Shown: in pieces, positions 7,980 through 17,599 of the stretch
How the letters are laid out: every line of letters begins with the position of its first letter
Position numbering within the stretch: the stretch's first letter is position 1
Notes under the pieces: generated by a model
Told to the model about the DNA's origin: nothing
Database searches by the model: none
The model's input: the letters and a program-made list of their open reading frames with translations, nothing else
NCBI GenBank assembly: GCA_021802505.1
Contig: JAJZXE010000001.1
Location: 35,683 to 99,682 of the forward strand
From: Nanobdellota archaeon
GTDB lineage: Archaea; Nanobdellota; Nanobdellia; Parvarchaeales; Parvarchaeaceae
Reading direction: 5' to 3'
DNA: 64,000 nucleotides
Translations under genes and position numbers: made by a program

Positions 7980-9225
7980 GGTATTGTATAAACAGCGTTA
8001 CCAGGAGCGCGAGGCCCACCGCCATCGAATAGCCGAAAATCCCCTTCCTGGTATCTTTATTCCTTGAGATTAATCCTATAAATCCTTTCTCTATTATCGC
8101 GGCAAATATCGATATTCCCAAAAGCAGAGCCGTATAGCTAGCGCTTATCTGGTGATCCAAAAACAGCGTTCCGAGAGCGAATGCCGCTCCAACTATGTTG
8201 GCCAGCGCGGAAAGAAACATATCCACTATAAGAAGATTAGGAGCGATCACTGCGACTATCCTTGAGACAGAAAGGACTACAAAGAATACCGCCGCAAACT
8301 CGAATGTTTTTACCAGCGGAAAAGGGTTACTGGGCTTCTCCGCCGCCATATTTATGCTTTTTCTGCCGATAAGATAGATTATCAGCAGGCTGATCATCGA
8401 TACCGCGGTTACCGGTATCATGTAATAGACCACTTTTGACGAAAGAGTTACTATATATATAATAAGAAGGGCCTGAATCAATACCATGGGTATGTTCGCT
8501 ACGACTACGGTATTGTAGACAACCGCCTTTCCGAGTTTCTTGAATCTATTTCCCAGGCTTATCAGCGCAAACGTTATTGTTGTTCCTGTTATAAGGCTGC
8601 CTATCACCGTAGAGGCGAGAAGTCCGGAGCGGGATACACGCAGTACTGCATACTGGATGAAGAATACGGCTCCGACCAATACGACGAGAAGCCAGAACTG
8701 GAACGGATTAAAAAAATTGTACGGGCCCATGTACGAATTCGGAAGAAGCGGAAGTATAACCAGTGATATTATCAGAAGGTTTATGGCGGCGATGATCTCG
8801 CTTTTTTTAATGGACGTTATAAAGTAAAGAAATTCCCGTTTATAGAAGCTTATTGCGGTTATCAGGATAACCGTAATTATGGCGTATTCATAATAACCAA
8901 GTCCGACAAGCATCCCGGACATGAAAAGGATCATAGAACTTATGTATGTCGTTGCTCCGGGGTTTCTGGTTTTTGCGTTCTTTTCCATATATATGGACGT
9001 TGAAAATATTAGCATTGCAATGAATCCCATCAGCAGTATGGGCAGATAATTGAACGCTTCATAGAACAGTGAGAAAATATCGCCCAATAGGGCTATAAAT
9101 ATCGAAGTCCTGAAACCCATGAATATCTTTACCCCTCTCTGCATCCTGTATTCGTTTTCAAGCCCGAATACCGCGCCGAGCGCTATGGCAAGTATTATAT
9201 ACTCAAAAGTCAGGTCAACATTCAT
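7969..9225 (-). CDS. Polytopic membrane protein, MgtC/SapB-like N-domain plus DUF4010-like region
   Basis: About 12 hydrophobic helices. The N-terminal GLENEYRMQRGVKIFMGFRTSIFIALLG resembles MgtC-family openings. The family call is from memory. Confidence 0.5.
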   Translation of the reverse strand: MNVDLTFEYIILAIALGAVFGLENEYRMQRGVKIFMGFRTSIFIALLGDIFSLFYEAFNYLPILLMGFIAMLIFSTSIYMEKNAKTRNPGATTYISSMILFMSGMLVGLGYYEYAIITVILITAISFYKREFLYFITSIKKSEIIAAINLLIISLVILPLLPNSYMGPYNFFNPFQFWLLVVLVGAVFFIQYAVLRVSRSGLLASTVIGSLITGTTITFALISLGNRFKKLGKAVVYNTVVVANIPMVLIQALLIIYIVTLSSKVVYYMIPVTAVSMISLLIIYLIGRKSINMAAEKPSNPFPLVKTFEFAAVFFVVLSVSRIVAVIAPNLLIVDMFLSALANIVGAAFALGTLFLDHQISASYTALLLGISIFAAIIEKGFIGLISRNKDTRKGIFGYSMAVGLALLVTLFIQYHGI

Positions 9226-9266
9226 TACTATTCTAATAAATACGAATTAATATAGTTTGTTTGGCG

Positions 9267-10406
9267 TTATCCACTGTATAACTGTATAAATTCATCGGCT
9301 GCCTTTTCCCAGGTTATGTTATTAAGCTCCTTGTAGGCCTCTTTTGATATTTCGCTGTTCATTTCGCTGTAACTCAGCAATCCCGCTATAAGATCGGCCA
9401 TCTGCTGCACATCCCAAAAATCCACCTTAAGGGCATTTCTTATGACTTCGGAAACTCCTGATTGAGAGGACATTATTGTAGGAACCCTGGAGGCGATGGC
9501 TTCAAGGGCTACGATTCCGAACGGCTCCGAAATGGAAGGCATCACGAATACTTTTGCAATCGAATAAAGAAGCTCCACCTCTTCATCGGGCGCTCTCCCG
9601 AGAAATATGATGCGGTCGGCAAGCTCCAAGTTTATGGAGAGGTTTATCAGGTTCGCCATCTCGGATCCTTCTCCTACAATGTATAACACAGCATCTTTGT
9701 CTTTTTCGGAGACTATTTTAAATGCCCTTATGAGATTTTCTACTCCTTTCTGTACGGACAACCTGCCCACATATAAAATTACTTTTTTATTTGCATCTTT
9801 TTTTCTCACTATGCCGAATCTATCCTTGTTTATCGCATTGTATACCACCTTTATTTTCCTTTCGTCCATGTTATAGACTTTTACCAGTTCATCTTTCAGC
9901 CTCGCACTTACCGTTACTATCACGTCTGCGTTGTCCATAAGATCCTTTTCTTCCCTCTCTATCTCTTTCCAGGGATTGCCGGCCGTTCTATCGTACTCTG
10001 TACTGTGTATGGTTGCGATGAGCTTCTTACCCGTTTTTTTCTTTATTTCGATCGCCGCTCTTCCGGTTACCCAGTCGTTTGCGTGTATGACATCAAACGC
10101 GGTTTTTGACTGTAACTTCAGGGCTTTATTCTTGTATTCCTCGACTTCGTTGAATATGTTATTATAAAGTGTTTTTTCACTGCTGCTGTCATTCTTTTCA
10201 CCGCTTAAGGAATATATGCTCTTAAAACTCGTTCCTTCAAACGTGAGGAAATTTACACCCGGAATATCCAGGTGGTCTTTAAACGGCAGCACCAGATCTA
10301 TCTTTATCCCCTTTGCGGACAGTGCCCTGATTAAATTGTAGGAATGGGTTCCCAAACCTCCAACTGAATGAGGCGGAAATTCCCAGCCCAAGAAAAGAAT
10401 TCTCAT
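9267..10406 (-). CDS. Glycosyltransferase, GT-B fold (GT4 family-like)
   Basis: N-terminal MRILFLGWEFPPHSVGGLGTH. C-terminal EPFGIVALEA sugar-nucleotide-binding motif. 379 aa. Confidence 0.8.
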   Translation of the reverse strand: MRILFLGWEFPPHSVGGLGTHSYNLIRALSAKGIKIDLVLPFKDHLDIPGVNFLTFEGTSFKSIYSLSGEKNDSSSEKTLYNNIFNEVEEYKNKALKLQSKTAFDVIHANDWVTGRAAIEIKKKTGKKLIATIHSTEYDRTAGNPWKEIEREEKDLMDNADVIVTVSARLKDELVKVYNMDERKIKVVYNAINKDRFGIVRKKDANKKVILYVGRLSVQKGVENLIRAFKIVSEKDKDAVLYIVGEGSEMANLINLSINLELADRIIFLGRAPDEEVELLYSIAKVFVMPSISEPFGIVALEAIASRVPTIMSSQSGVSEVIRNALKVDFWDVQQMADLIAGLLSYSEMNSEISKEAYKELNNITWEKAADEFIQLYSG

Positions 10407-10476
10407 ACTTTATATCCTACTTTGTATTCTATCCTAAAGATGATATGTTTTTTACTCCTTAAATACTATCTATTGA

Positions 10477-12597
10477 ATGGAAAATTTGAGTGATTTTAAG
10501 GAACAGATACCGGAGGAGATATACAGAAATTTATCCGGTAGAATAGAGTTTTTGATGCCGCCGCAGGCCGAAGCAGTCAGAAAAGGCCTGTTCAGCAATA
10601 AAAATCTTGTAATCTCCGCACCTACGGCTTCTGGTAAAACCCTGATAGCGGAGATGGCAATACTGAATGCCTTTTCATCGGGAAAAAAATCGATTTATCT
10701 CGCGCCTTTGAGGGCTTTGATATCCGAAAAATATGAGGAATTCTCAAAGGAGCACGGCAACATAAAATCCCTGCTTTCCATAGGTGATTTCAATGAAAAA
10801 GACTACAACATAGACAGGTATGATGTCATATTTGCATCGACAGAAAAATTTGACAGCATCATAAGGAACTCGCTGCACAGGATAGGAAATGTCGGCTGTA
10901 TAGTGTACGATGAAGTACACATGCTTTCAGATATAGGAAGAGGACCTACGCTTGAATTTTTAATAACACTGAACAGGCTTCTTTTCCCGGATGCGCAGAC
11001 GATAGGATTGAGCGCAACGATAGGAAATGCGGATGAACTGGCGGAGTGGCTCTCCGCAGAGCTTGTAAAAAGCGATTTCCGGCCTGTTAAGCTTTCAAGG
11101 AAAAAATATCTTGAAGGAAAGCTCATAAACGGAAAAGAAGAAAAAATAAACAGCGGATACGATGACCCGCTTTCAAATATTGCGGCGTGGCTTTTTAAGA
11201 ACGGCAAACAGGCTCTGGTCTTTTCGCAGAACAAACGGTCGGTTGTAGCGAATGCAAAGACTATATCGGCATTGATAGGCGGCAGGCTTTCCGCGGAAGA
11301 CAGGGGAAAGCTTCTCCCGGTTTCAAAGGAGATACTTCATGTTTTGGACAGGCCAACTTCACAGTGCGAGATCCTTAGTGAATTGGTTAAAAACGGTGTA
11401 GCGTTCCATCACGCCGGGCTGGTGAACAGGCAGAGAAAGATGGTAGAGGAAAATTTCAAGAAGGGACTGATTAAGTTTATAGTCGCAACCCCTACTCTCA
11501 GTATGGGCGTAAATTTGCCCGCCAACACGGTCATAATAAATTCCATCAGAAGATACGGCGATTACGGCATGGAACTGCTGCCGGCCATAGAGATAGAACA
11601 GATGATGGGCAGGGCGGGCAGGCCAAAATACGATAGGGAAGGAACAGCGATAATAGTCGCAAGGAATGAGGGCGAACTTGAAATAATAGACGAGAAGTAT
11701 TTCAGCGGACAGATAGAACCAGTGACTTCAAAGTTCAACAGCGAAATAGCAATAAGGAAGTACACCCTTAATCTGTTCTGCCTCGGAATATACAATAATG
11801 AAGACAGGATATCCGATTTCTTCGATGAAACGTTCATGAAGTTCAGCGGCATAGATGTCTACGACAAAATAGACGATGCGGTTTCATTTCTTAAGGAAAA
11901 TAACTTTTTAACAGAGGAGGCCGGCAGGATTTCCGTGAGCAGGATGGGCAAGCTTGTAAATTCCCTGTATATTGATCCGCTGACAGGTTCTCTTTTCATA
12001 AAGTTCATCGAAAAGATAAAGAAAAAAGGGAATACGGACGAGCTGGATATACTGCACGTGCTATTCTGCAGCGAAGAATTCCGCAACATACGGACAAACC
12101 AGAAGGAATTCCAGAAATATGAGGAGGAAAGTTATGAACTGGATCTTTCAGCCGATGAAAACATAGTCGATTACGACAGGTTTATATCGGCGATAAAACT
12201 GGCCCACGTGATGCAGGACTGGATTTCCGAGAAGGGCGAAAAGTACATGGAGGAGGAATACTCTCTTTTGCCCGGGGAATTTTACAATATACTCGAGAAT
12301 ACAAAATGGCTCATTTATTCATTAAAGGAAATAAGCAGGGTCCTGGGCTTAAGGAGAAGGGACATAACCGAGATGGAGATAAGGCTCAGAAACGGCATAA
12401 AACAGGAGCTGATTCCGCTGGTATCCGTGCCCGAAATAGGAAGGGTAAGGGCCAGGAAGCTGTATACGGCGGGTATAACATCCTTGAAAGCATTGAAGGA
12501 ACAGGGAATTGAAAGATTAGCTGCGCTGCTGGGCAGGGGGACAGCACAGAAAGTGTATGCCTATCTGCATAAAAACGAGAATACCCTGCAGGGATAG
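10477..12597 (+). CDS. hel308: Ski2-like ATP-dependent DNA helicase Hel308
   Basis: Walker A APTASGKT, DEVH box, motif VI MMGRAGRP, and a C-terminal helix-hairpin-helix domain (IPEIGRVRARKLYTAGITSL). 706 aa. Confidence 0.88.
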   Translation: MENLSDFKEQIPEEIYRNLSGRIEFLMPPQAEAVRKGLFSNKNLVISAPTASGKTLIAEMAILNAFSSGKKSIYLAPLRALISEKYEEFSKEHGNIKSLLSIGDFNEKDYNIDRYDVIFASTEKFDSIIRNSLHRIGNVGCIVYDEVHMLSDIGRGPTLEFLITLNRLLFPDAQTIGLSATIGNADELAEWLSAELVKSDFRPVKLSRKKYLEGKLINGKEEKINSGYDDPLSNIAAWLFKNGKQALVFSQNKRSVVANAKTISALIGGRLSAEDRGKLLPVSKEILHVLDRPTSQCEILSELVKNGVAFHHAGLVNRQRKMVEENFKKGLIKFIVATPTLSMGVNLPANTVIINSIRRYGDYGMELLPAIEIEQMMGRAGRPKYDREGTAIIVARNEGELEIIDEKYFSGQIEPVTSKFNSEIAIRKYTLNLFCLGIYNNEDRISDFFDETFMKFSGIDVYDKIDDAVSFLKENNFLTEEAGRISVSRMGKLVNSLYIDPLTGSLFIKFIEKIKKKGNTDELDILHVLFCSEEFRNIRTNQKEFQKYEEESYELDLSADENIVDYDRFISAIKLAHVMQDWISEKGEKYMEEEYSLLPGEFYNILENTKWLIYSLKEISRVLGLRRRDITEMEIRLRNGIKQELIPLVSVPEIGRVRARKLYTAGITSLKALKEQGIERLAALLGRGTAQKVYAYLHKNENTLQG

Positions 12598-12666
12598 AGT
12601 CTGTTGCAGTAGCTTCTCCTTTAGACAAAACATATATATCAGGAGATTTCAGTATTATTATTAAGT

Positions 12667-13149
12667 ATGGTAACATCCGTTAAATCACAAGAAGCGCTTA
12701 AGAAGGGGATTACACGGGCAAGAGAAGTTCTCGATAATTTGCTTGCTGAAGAGATATTTGTGGGTGAGATAGAGGGAGAGTTTGATGTCGACCCTACTAC
12801 ACGTGTTAGGTTCAATAAAAATGGACTTGAAATGATTGAATTATTTGAAAACATACCAATAAACTATGACTACAAAATCTATTTGGAGAAGCTGTACTAT
12901 GGCAAAGGCGATGATTACATCGAGAATATTGACCCGAGAGCCATTATGACGACAAGATTGGTAAAATACGTAGATAAAAGAGGAGTTAATCCAGCTAGTG
13001 AATATTTCACTTTTTATCCTCCTACTAAAAGCATTAAATCGGCACTATTAACCGTACGTAAAAATCGTCCGCGTAAGCTAGATATATATAATCTGTATTT
13101 TGATGTACCATTCTGGACTGTAAGATTCTATTATAAGGATGAAGTCTAA
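12667..13149 (+). CDS. Hypothetical protein
   Basis: 160-aa ORF with an ATG start. No recognisable motif. Confidence 0.4.
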   Translation: MVTSVKSQEALKKGITRAREVLDNLLAEEIFVGEIEGEFDVDPTTRVRFNKNGLEMIELFENIPINYDYKIYLEKLYYGKGDDYIENIDPRAIMTTRLVKYVDKRGVNPASEYFTFYPPTKSIKSALLTVRKNRPRKLDIYNLYFDVPFWTVRFYYKDEV

Positions 13150-13214
13150 AATTCTTAATAAAATGTCTTGCCGAAATAGAAAGGTATTTGTTCAAGGCCG
13201 TTCATAAAGAGAAT

Positions 13215-13826
13215 ATGAAAATACTTGCAGCTTCGGACATACACGGCGATTTGCAAGCCGCAGAACTTCTTGCAAAGAAGGCAAAGAAAGAGAAAGCAGA
13301 CCTGATAATACTTGCCGGCGATTTATCCATATTCGGAAACGGGCTGGAAGGTCTTCTAAAGCCGTTTAAAGATGCGGATAAAAAGGTGGCTTTAATCCCC
13401 GGAAACCACGACAGCGAAGCCGATATATTCATGCTTAAAAAACGCTATCCGGATACGATATACGACCTTCATAATTACTCGTTTAGGATCGGAGATGTGG
13501 GCTTCTTCGGCTGCGGTCTCGCCAATATCGGTCCGAATGAGCTTTCCGAGGCGGAAATAAAGCAGAGGATACAGTCCTCCTATAATTATATAAAAGGATC
13601 AAAGAAAAAAGTCATGGTGGTGCACGTTCCACCGTATGACACTAAGCTGGATACTTTGGGGAGAACCATGAAGATAGGCAGTACGGCCGTAAGGGAAATG
13701 ATAGAAAAGACAAAACCGGATACCTGCATATGCGGCCACGTTCATGAGACCTTTAACCTGGAGGACGAACTCGGTGGGACAAAGATAATAAACGCTGGGC
13801 CGAAGGGAAAAATAATCGAGATTTAA
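13215..13826 (+). CDS. Calcineurin-like metallophosphoesterase
   Basis: Motifs ASDIHGD, LAGDL, PGNHDS, VVHVPP and CGHVHE. ATG at 13215 is preferred over the TTG at 13188. Confidence 0.8.
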   Translation: MKILAASDIHGDLQAAELLAKKAKKEKADLIILAGDLSIFGNGLEGLLKPFKDADKKVALIPGNHDSEADIFMLKKRYPDTIYDLHNYSFRIGDVGFFGCGLANIGPNELSEAEIKQRIQSSYNYIKGSKKKVMVVHVPPYDTKLDTLGRTMKIGSTAVREMIEKTKPDTCICGHVHETFNLEDELGGTKIINAGPKGKIIEI

Positions 13827-13915
13827 AAGTCTTTTTTAGCATCCACCCAGTATTTCATTTAAACCGCAGAATGCATGCAAGATTAAAATACTATCCGTGT
13901 AAAATACTCTGTGAG

Positions 13916-14007
13916 GGGCCCATAGTCTAGCCTGGACAGGACTGATGGCTTCGAATGCCGAGGATGGAAGTAACCATCCGACCTGGGTTCAAATCCCAGT
14001 GGGCCCT
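13916..14007 (+). tRNA. tRNA-Arg (anticodon UCG) with an 18-nt canonical intron (13955..13972)
   Basis: Acceptor GGGCCCA/TGGGCCC, D arm GTCT-AGCCTGGACA-GGAC, anticodon stem GATGG/CCATC, loop C-T-TCG-A|intron|A, T arm CTGGG-TTCAAAT-CCCAG. Exon CTTC pairs with intron GAAG. Confidence 0.88.
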
Positions 14008-14040
14008 AAGTTTTTATATGACATAACTTCTAAATATTCG

Positions 14041-14580
14041 ATGGAAATAAACGAAAAAGTAGAAGTCAGGAGAGAAGCATCGGATCTTTTAGCTTGTGTA
14101 CTTCATAGCAGAAGAGCGGGGTTATACTACCTGCACTGCGTAGTTGACGGCGCTGGTTTTGATATTAACACCCTGGAAAAAATCGATGTCGACCGCAGAA
14201 AGTACAGCCTTGAAAACTCTCTCTCCGGCATCGCATACACTCTGGAGGATTATATAAAACAATGCGACAGGCTTTCTTTTGCTGGTAATGAAAATAGGGA
14301 TTTTAGGCCATACAATATAAAACCTTACCTTAAAGAATATCTTCCGGATGCGTTATACTCGGTGGTTGAAGATATCAGGGAAACTTACGGCATAGCCGAT
14401 GACAGCGGTGTGCTCGATATAAAAATCAATGATAGTAAAAAAATCAAAAAAGATGCGCATAAGGAGAGAATCGACGGCCTTTTGAACAGACTTTTGGAGA
14501 TAGCGGACAGCACCGATTTTGTATCGGACCTGGAGGATTCCGTCTCTTTTGCTAGGGGAGTTTATCTTGTCGATGGTTAA
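14041..14580 (+). CDS. Hypothetical protein
   Basis: The ORF-track start at 13945 overlaps tRNA-Arg. The first internal Met (MEINEKVEV) is at 14041. No family recognised. Confidence 0.4.
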   Translation: MEINEKVEVRREASDLLACVLHSRRAGLYYLHCVVDGAGFDINTLEKIDVDRRKYSLENSLSGIAYTLEDYIKQCDRLSFAGNENRDFRPYNIKPYLKEYLPDALYSVVEDIRETYGIADDSGVLDIKINDSKKIKKDAHKERIDGLLNRLLEIADSTDFVSDLEDSVSFARGVYLVDG

Positions 14581-14613
14581 AAAATATAAATACTTGCCGC
14601 ATATCTGATACTT

Positions 14614-14886
14614 ATGGCTTTAGACGATTCGAAAAACAGCATAGCTAAATTGTTTCTTCATGACAAACCGTTCCTTCTTCTGAAGGTCATAAACGACAGC
14701 AAATCACCCGTTTATGCCGCGATGATATCCAAGAAAATAGACTGCAGTTACGCCTACATAGTAAGGCTGATAAAAGTCATGAACAAGATAGGGATCACTT
14801 ACTTTGAGGGCAGTAATCACAAGAAGATAATAAATCTGACCCAGAAGGGCAAGAAAATATTCAAGCTCCTGTCCGAGATAAAATAG
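14614..14886 (+). CDS. Small winged-helix DNA-binding protein (putative transcription regulator)
   Basis: 90 aa. PVYAAMISKKIDCSYAYIVRLIKVMNKIGITYFEG...INLTQKGKKIF fits a helix-turn-helix plus wing. Confidence 0.5.
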   Translation: MALDDSKNSIAKLFLHDKPFLLLKVINDSKSPVYAAMISKKIDCSYAYIVRLIKVMNKIGITYFEGSNHKKIINLTQKGKKIFKLLSEIK

Positions 14887-15354
14887 TTAATTTTCCTTCT
14901 CCACGGCTTTTGCATACTCCTCTATCTTGCTTAGAGTTCTGTCTATTATGTACGGTTTTATAAAGCCCGAAATTATCTCGTTGAGGCGCATGTTTTCCTT
15001 TATCCTGTAGGAGTTGTTCCTTTTTTCCACGATCCCTATGGATATCAGCTTTCTTAGATCTCTGAGTATATTCGCGTATACTATCCTTATCTTCTTTTTG
15101 TATAGTTCCTTTATTATCTCGTAACTGTCCAGCCCATCCGGCCTCTTCCTCCTCGCTTTTAACAATATATCAAGGATGTATACTATCGCTATCCTGCTTT
15201 CTCCCGGACTTATCAGCCCCAGGGATATGCAAAGTCTTCTTATGTTTGTGCTGTAATCGTTCGTTGGTCTTTCGAATTCGTTCAGGGCTATGCCGCTTAA
15301 AGGCCGGTCTTTATACAGCCTCTCGCGTATTTTTTTATTTTCTTTATTCTCCAT
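14887..15354 (-). CDS. Winged-helix domain protein (putative regulator)
   Basis: LDSYEIIKELYKKKIRIVYANILRDLRKLISIGIVEKRNNSYRI is wHTH-like. The start lies 3 nt downstream of the stop of the coiled-coil gene. Confidence 0.45.
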   Translation of the reverse strand: MENKENKKIRERLYKDRPLSGIALNEFERPTNDYSTNIRRLCISLGLISPGESRIAIVYILDILLKARRKRPDGLDSYEIIKELYKKKIRIVYANILRDLRKLISIGIVEKRNNSYRIKENMRLNEIISGFIKPYIIDRTLSKIEEYAKAVEKEN

Positions 15355-15357
15355 GGA

Positions 15358-16653
15358 TCATTTTTCTTTTTTCTCTTCCTGTGAATATAATTTGTTCTGC
15401 AGCCCCATTATATCGTCTTTTGTCGCGAACAGCGAAAGGCCGTTATTTACCCTGTTTATTGTTCCTTCCATCTCGTTTATCCTCTTATTAAGCTCGTTTA
15501 TCTTGCCGCTCAGGTCTATAAACTTGTTCATGTTGGAGTTTACCTGGTTGAACATGACCTCTATCTTTGAGGCCTGTGAATTTATCTTGTTCTCGCTGTC
15601 CTCTATGTTTTTGTACACGTTTTCCACGTTTTCAAACAGCTTGGAGGCGTTCTTTACGACCGAAAGTGAATTAACCCTGTTTGACAGCTCCGTAAGCGAT
15701 TTGGAAAGACCGGAATTGGTGTCGATTATCTTTTCAACCTCTCCCGCTATCACCTCCGTTTTGTCCTGCGTTTTCCTTAGCTCTATCACAAGCTCCGCAG
15801 GATTATAGGCGGTAACCGTTGAAAGCGTCGTTCTGGCGGTGTTCATAAATTCATTCAAGTGGTTCTGTGTATCGTTTATTCCTTTCTGTATGTTCTCAAA
15901 CTCGCTGCTTACGGTCTCTATCTTAAGGTTTAGTCCGTTTATCTCGACGGTAAGCGAATTTGCGGTGTTTATTATCTTTTCAAATTTGCTTTCAGATTCA
16001 ACCTTATACTTCTTAAGCTCGTTTATATCGTCCGAAAATGAATTTATCCCCGGGAGAGCGGAATAGACCGTATCATTCAGTTTATCGATCCTCTGCTGCA
16101 TTTCATTGTCCACCGCGGAAAGATTGGAGGCGGTGTCCTTTATGTTTGATATTACGATGTCATACTGGTGCGTTAGTCCGTTTATGGCTTCCTCCATCCT
16201 CTTCAGGTTGCTGCTGTAATCACTGTCCTTCATGTTTATCGCCTTTGCGATCCCGTTGAAGTTTTCTATTGCCTTATTGACGTTATTTGACATTTCTTCG
16301 ACATTTGAATGCAGAAGTTCGAATGAATCGTTCAATTTGTTTATCTTTGCCGCAGAATCATTGTAGGCGTCATTCATTTTTTCTATCGAGGAATTAAACG
16401 CACCGATAGCACCATTTAACGCATTTGACAGTGAATTTACGTCGGAATTTATCTTACTTATCTTGCTTTCAATTATACTGGAGTCAGTGATGCTGTTTAT
16501 TTTCCTGTCAAACATTATATTCTGCTGATTGAGAGTGTCTATCTTGCTGTAAAGATCAGAGATCAGGGTGCTTATTGAATTGTTGAATTTTTCAACATCC
16601 TGTATATAGGCTTCATGCCCGATACCAGGGTTTTGATTGATGCCGCTTTCCAT
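15358..16653 (-). CDS. Asn/Ser-rich long coiled-coil protein, function unknown
   Basis: 431 aa with almost continuous heptad-like periodicity (xINxLNxxxxxL repeats). No TM segment and no enzymatic motif. Confidence 0.6.
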   Translation of the reverse strand: MESGINQNPGIGHEAYIQDVEKFNNSISTLISDLYSKIDTLNQQNIMFDRKINSITDSSIIESKISKINSDVNSLSNALNGAIGAFNSSIEKMNDAYNDSAAKINKLNDSFELLHSNVEEMSNNVNKAIENFNGIAKAINMKDSDYSSNLKRMEEAINGLTHQYDIVISNIKDTASNLSAVDNEMQQRIDKLNDTVYSALPGINSFSDDINELKKYKVESESKFEKIINTANSLTVEINGLNLKIETVSSEFENIQKGINDTQNHLNEFMNTARTTLSTVTAYNPAELVIELRKTQDKTEVIAGEVEKIIDTNSGLSKSLTELSNRVNSLSVVKNASKLFENVENVYKNIEDSENKINSQASKIEVMFNQVNSNMNKFIDLSGKINELNKRINEMEGTINRVNNGLSLFATKDDIMGLQNKLYSQEEKKEK

Positions 16654-16699
16654 ATAAAGCTTACTGCTCTTTTTTATATTTAAACCTTTAAACTATAAC

Positions 16700-17599
16700 T
16701 CAATTTTGTAGCTCCATCCTCAATTTACATGCCTCGCATACCTCATTTATCGAAGGGAAACCGCAGTGTATACACCGGTTTATCTTAATTCCCTTTTTTG
16801 TGTCCGTGCTTTCCTTTATTTTTAGCATGCTCTCTATTATGTTTCTCTTTGATCCCTTAAACTCCGTTTCAAACTGCTTTATCTTTCTGGAGATAAGCCC
16901 TCTGAATCCAAAACCGGCGTATGGGCAGGGAGTGTGTATCGCGTTTATCCCGTTCAGTATCGAAAACAGCATCGTTTCTTTTTCACTCAAGAACAGAAAA
17001 GGCTTTATTCTCGGCACGAATCCCCCGTCTTTTACTATGCCGGAGTATGCCCCAAGCCTTATCATCTTTTCCAGATCATTTTGCACCAGGTTCATTACCA
17101 CATTCTCCGCTTCGTCATCCATATTGTGCGCTGTTGCAACCTTGTCGGCTTTTACTTCGGAAGCGGCGTAGTTTATCAGATATCTGCGGAGGACGCCGCA
17201 TGCCGAGCAGGGTATGCCTTTTCTTACTCCTGTTATATCATCCATCGTTTTTCCGGTAAAATCCTTGTAAGAGTATATTTTATAGTCTACGCCGTATCTC
17301 TTGCAGTACTCTTTCATTATTTCCATCGTTTTATCCCTGTATCCTTTTATGCCTTCATCTATCGTTATCGAAATAATCTTATTGGATTTCCTGAAATATT
17401 TTGAAATTATGTACAGAAGAGAAAGAGAATCCTTTCCTCCGGAATTTGCAACCGCTACGGTTTCCCCTCTTTTGATAAGTTTGTATTTTTTAATTGTCTC
17501 AAGCGTTATGCTTTCAAACCGCTCCTTGAAGTGTTCCCCGCACAGCGTTCCGTTGTTTGTAGACACCACTGCAGGTAAATTGCAGACTTCGCATTCCAT
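16700..17599 (-). CDS. tRNA 2-thiolation PP-loop ATPase (TtuA/NcsA/Ctu1-like)
   Basis: PP-loop SGGKDS. N-terminal CxxC...C..H and C-terminal CIHCG...CEAC zinc fingers, plus central Cys residues (PCSACG, PC). 299 aa. Confidence 0.85.
   Translation of the reverse strand: MECEVCNLPAVVSTNNGTLCGEHFKERFESITLETIKKYKLIKRGETVAVANSGGKDSLSLLYIISKYFRKSNKIISITIDEGIKGYRDKTMEIMKEYCKRYGVDYKIYSYKDFTGKTMDDITGVRKGIPCSACGVLRRYLINYAASEVKADKVATAHNMDDEAENVVMNLVQNDLEKMIRLGAYSGIVKDGGFVPRIKPFLFLSEKETMLFSILNGINAIHTPCPYAGFGFRGLISRKIKQFETEFKGSKRNIIESMLKIKESTDTKKGIKINRCIHCGFPSINEVCEACKLRMELQN

Noticed and set aside
13945-14040. The N-terminal extension of ORF 13945..14580
   Set aside because: It runs through the tRNA-Arg gene, so the CDS is trimmed to the first downstream Met at 14041.
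15290-15808. A 172-aa plus-strand ORF, with similar ones at 17301..17738 and 19122..19748
   Set aside because: They lie opposite the coiled-coil, TtuA and ValRS genes. The hydrophobic or low-complexity translations are typical of antisense frames in AT-rich coding DNA.
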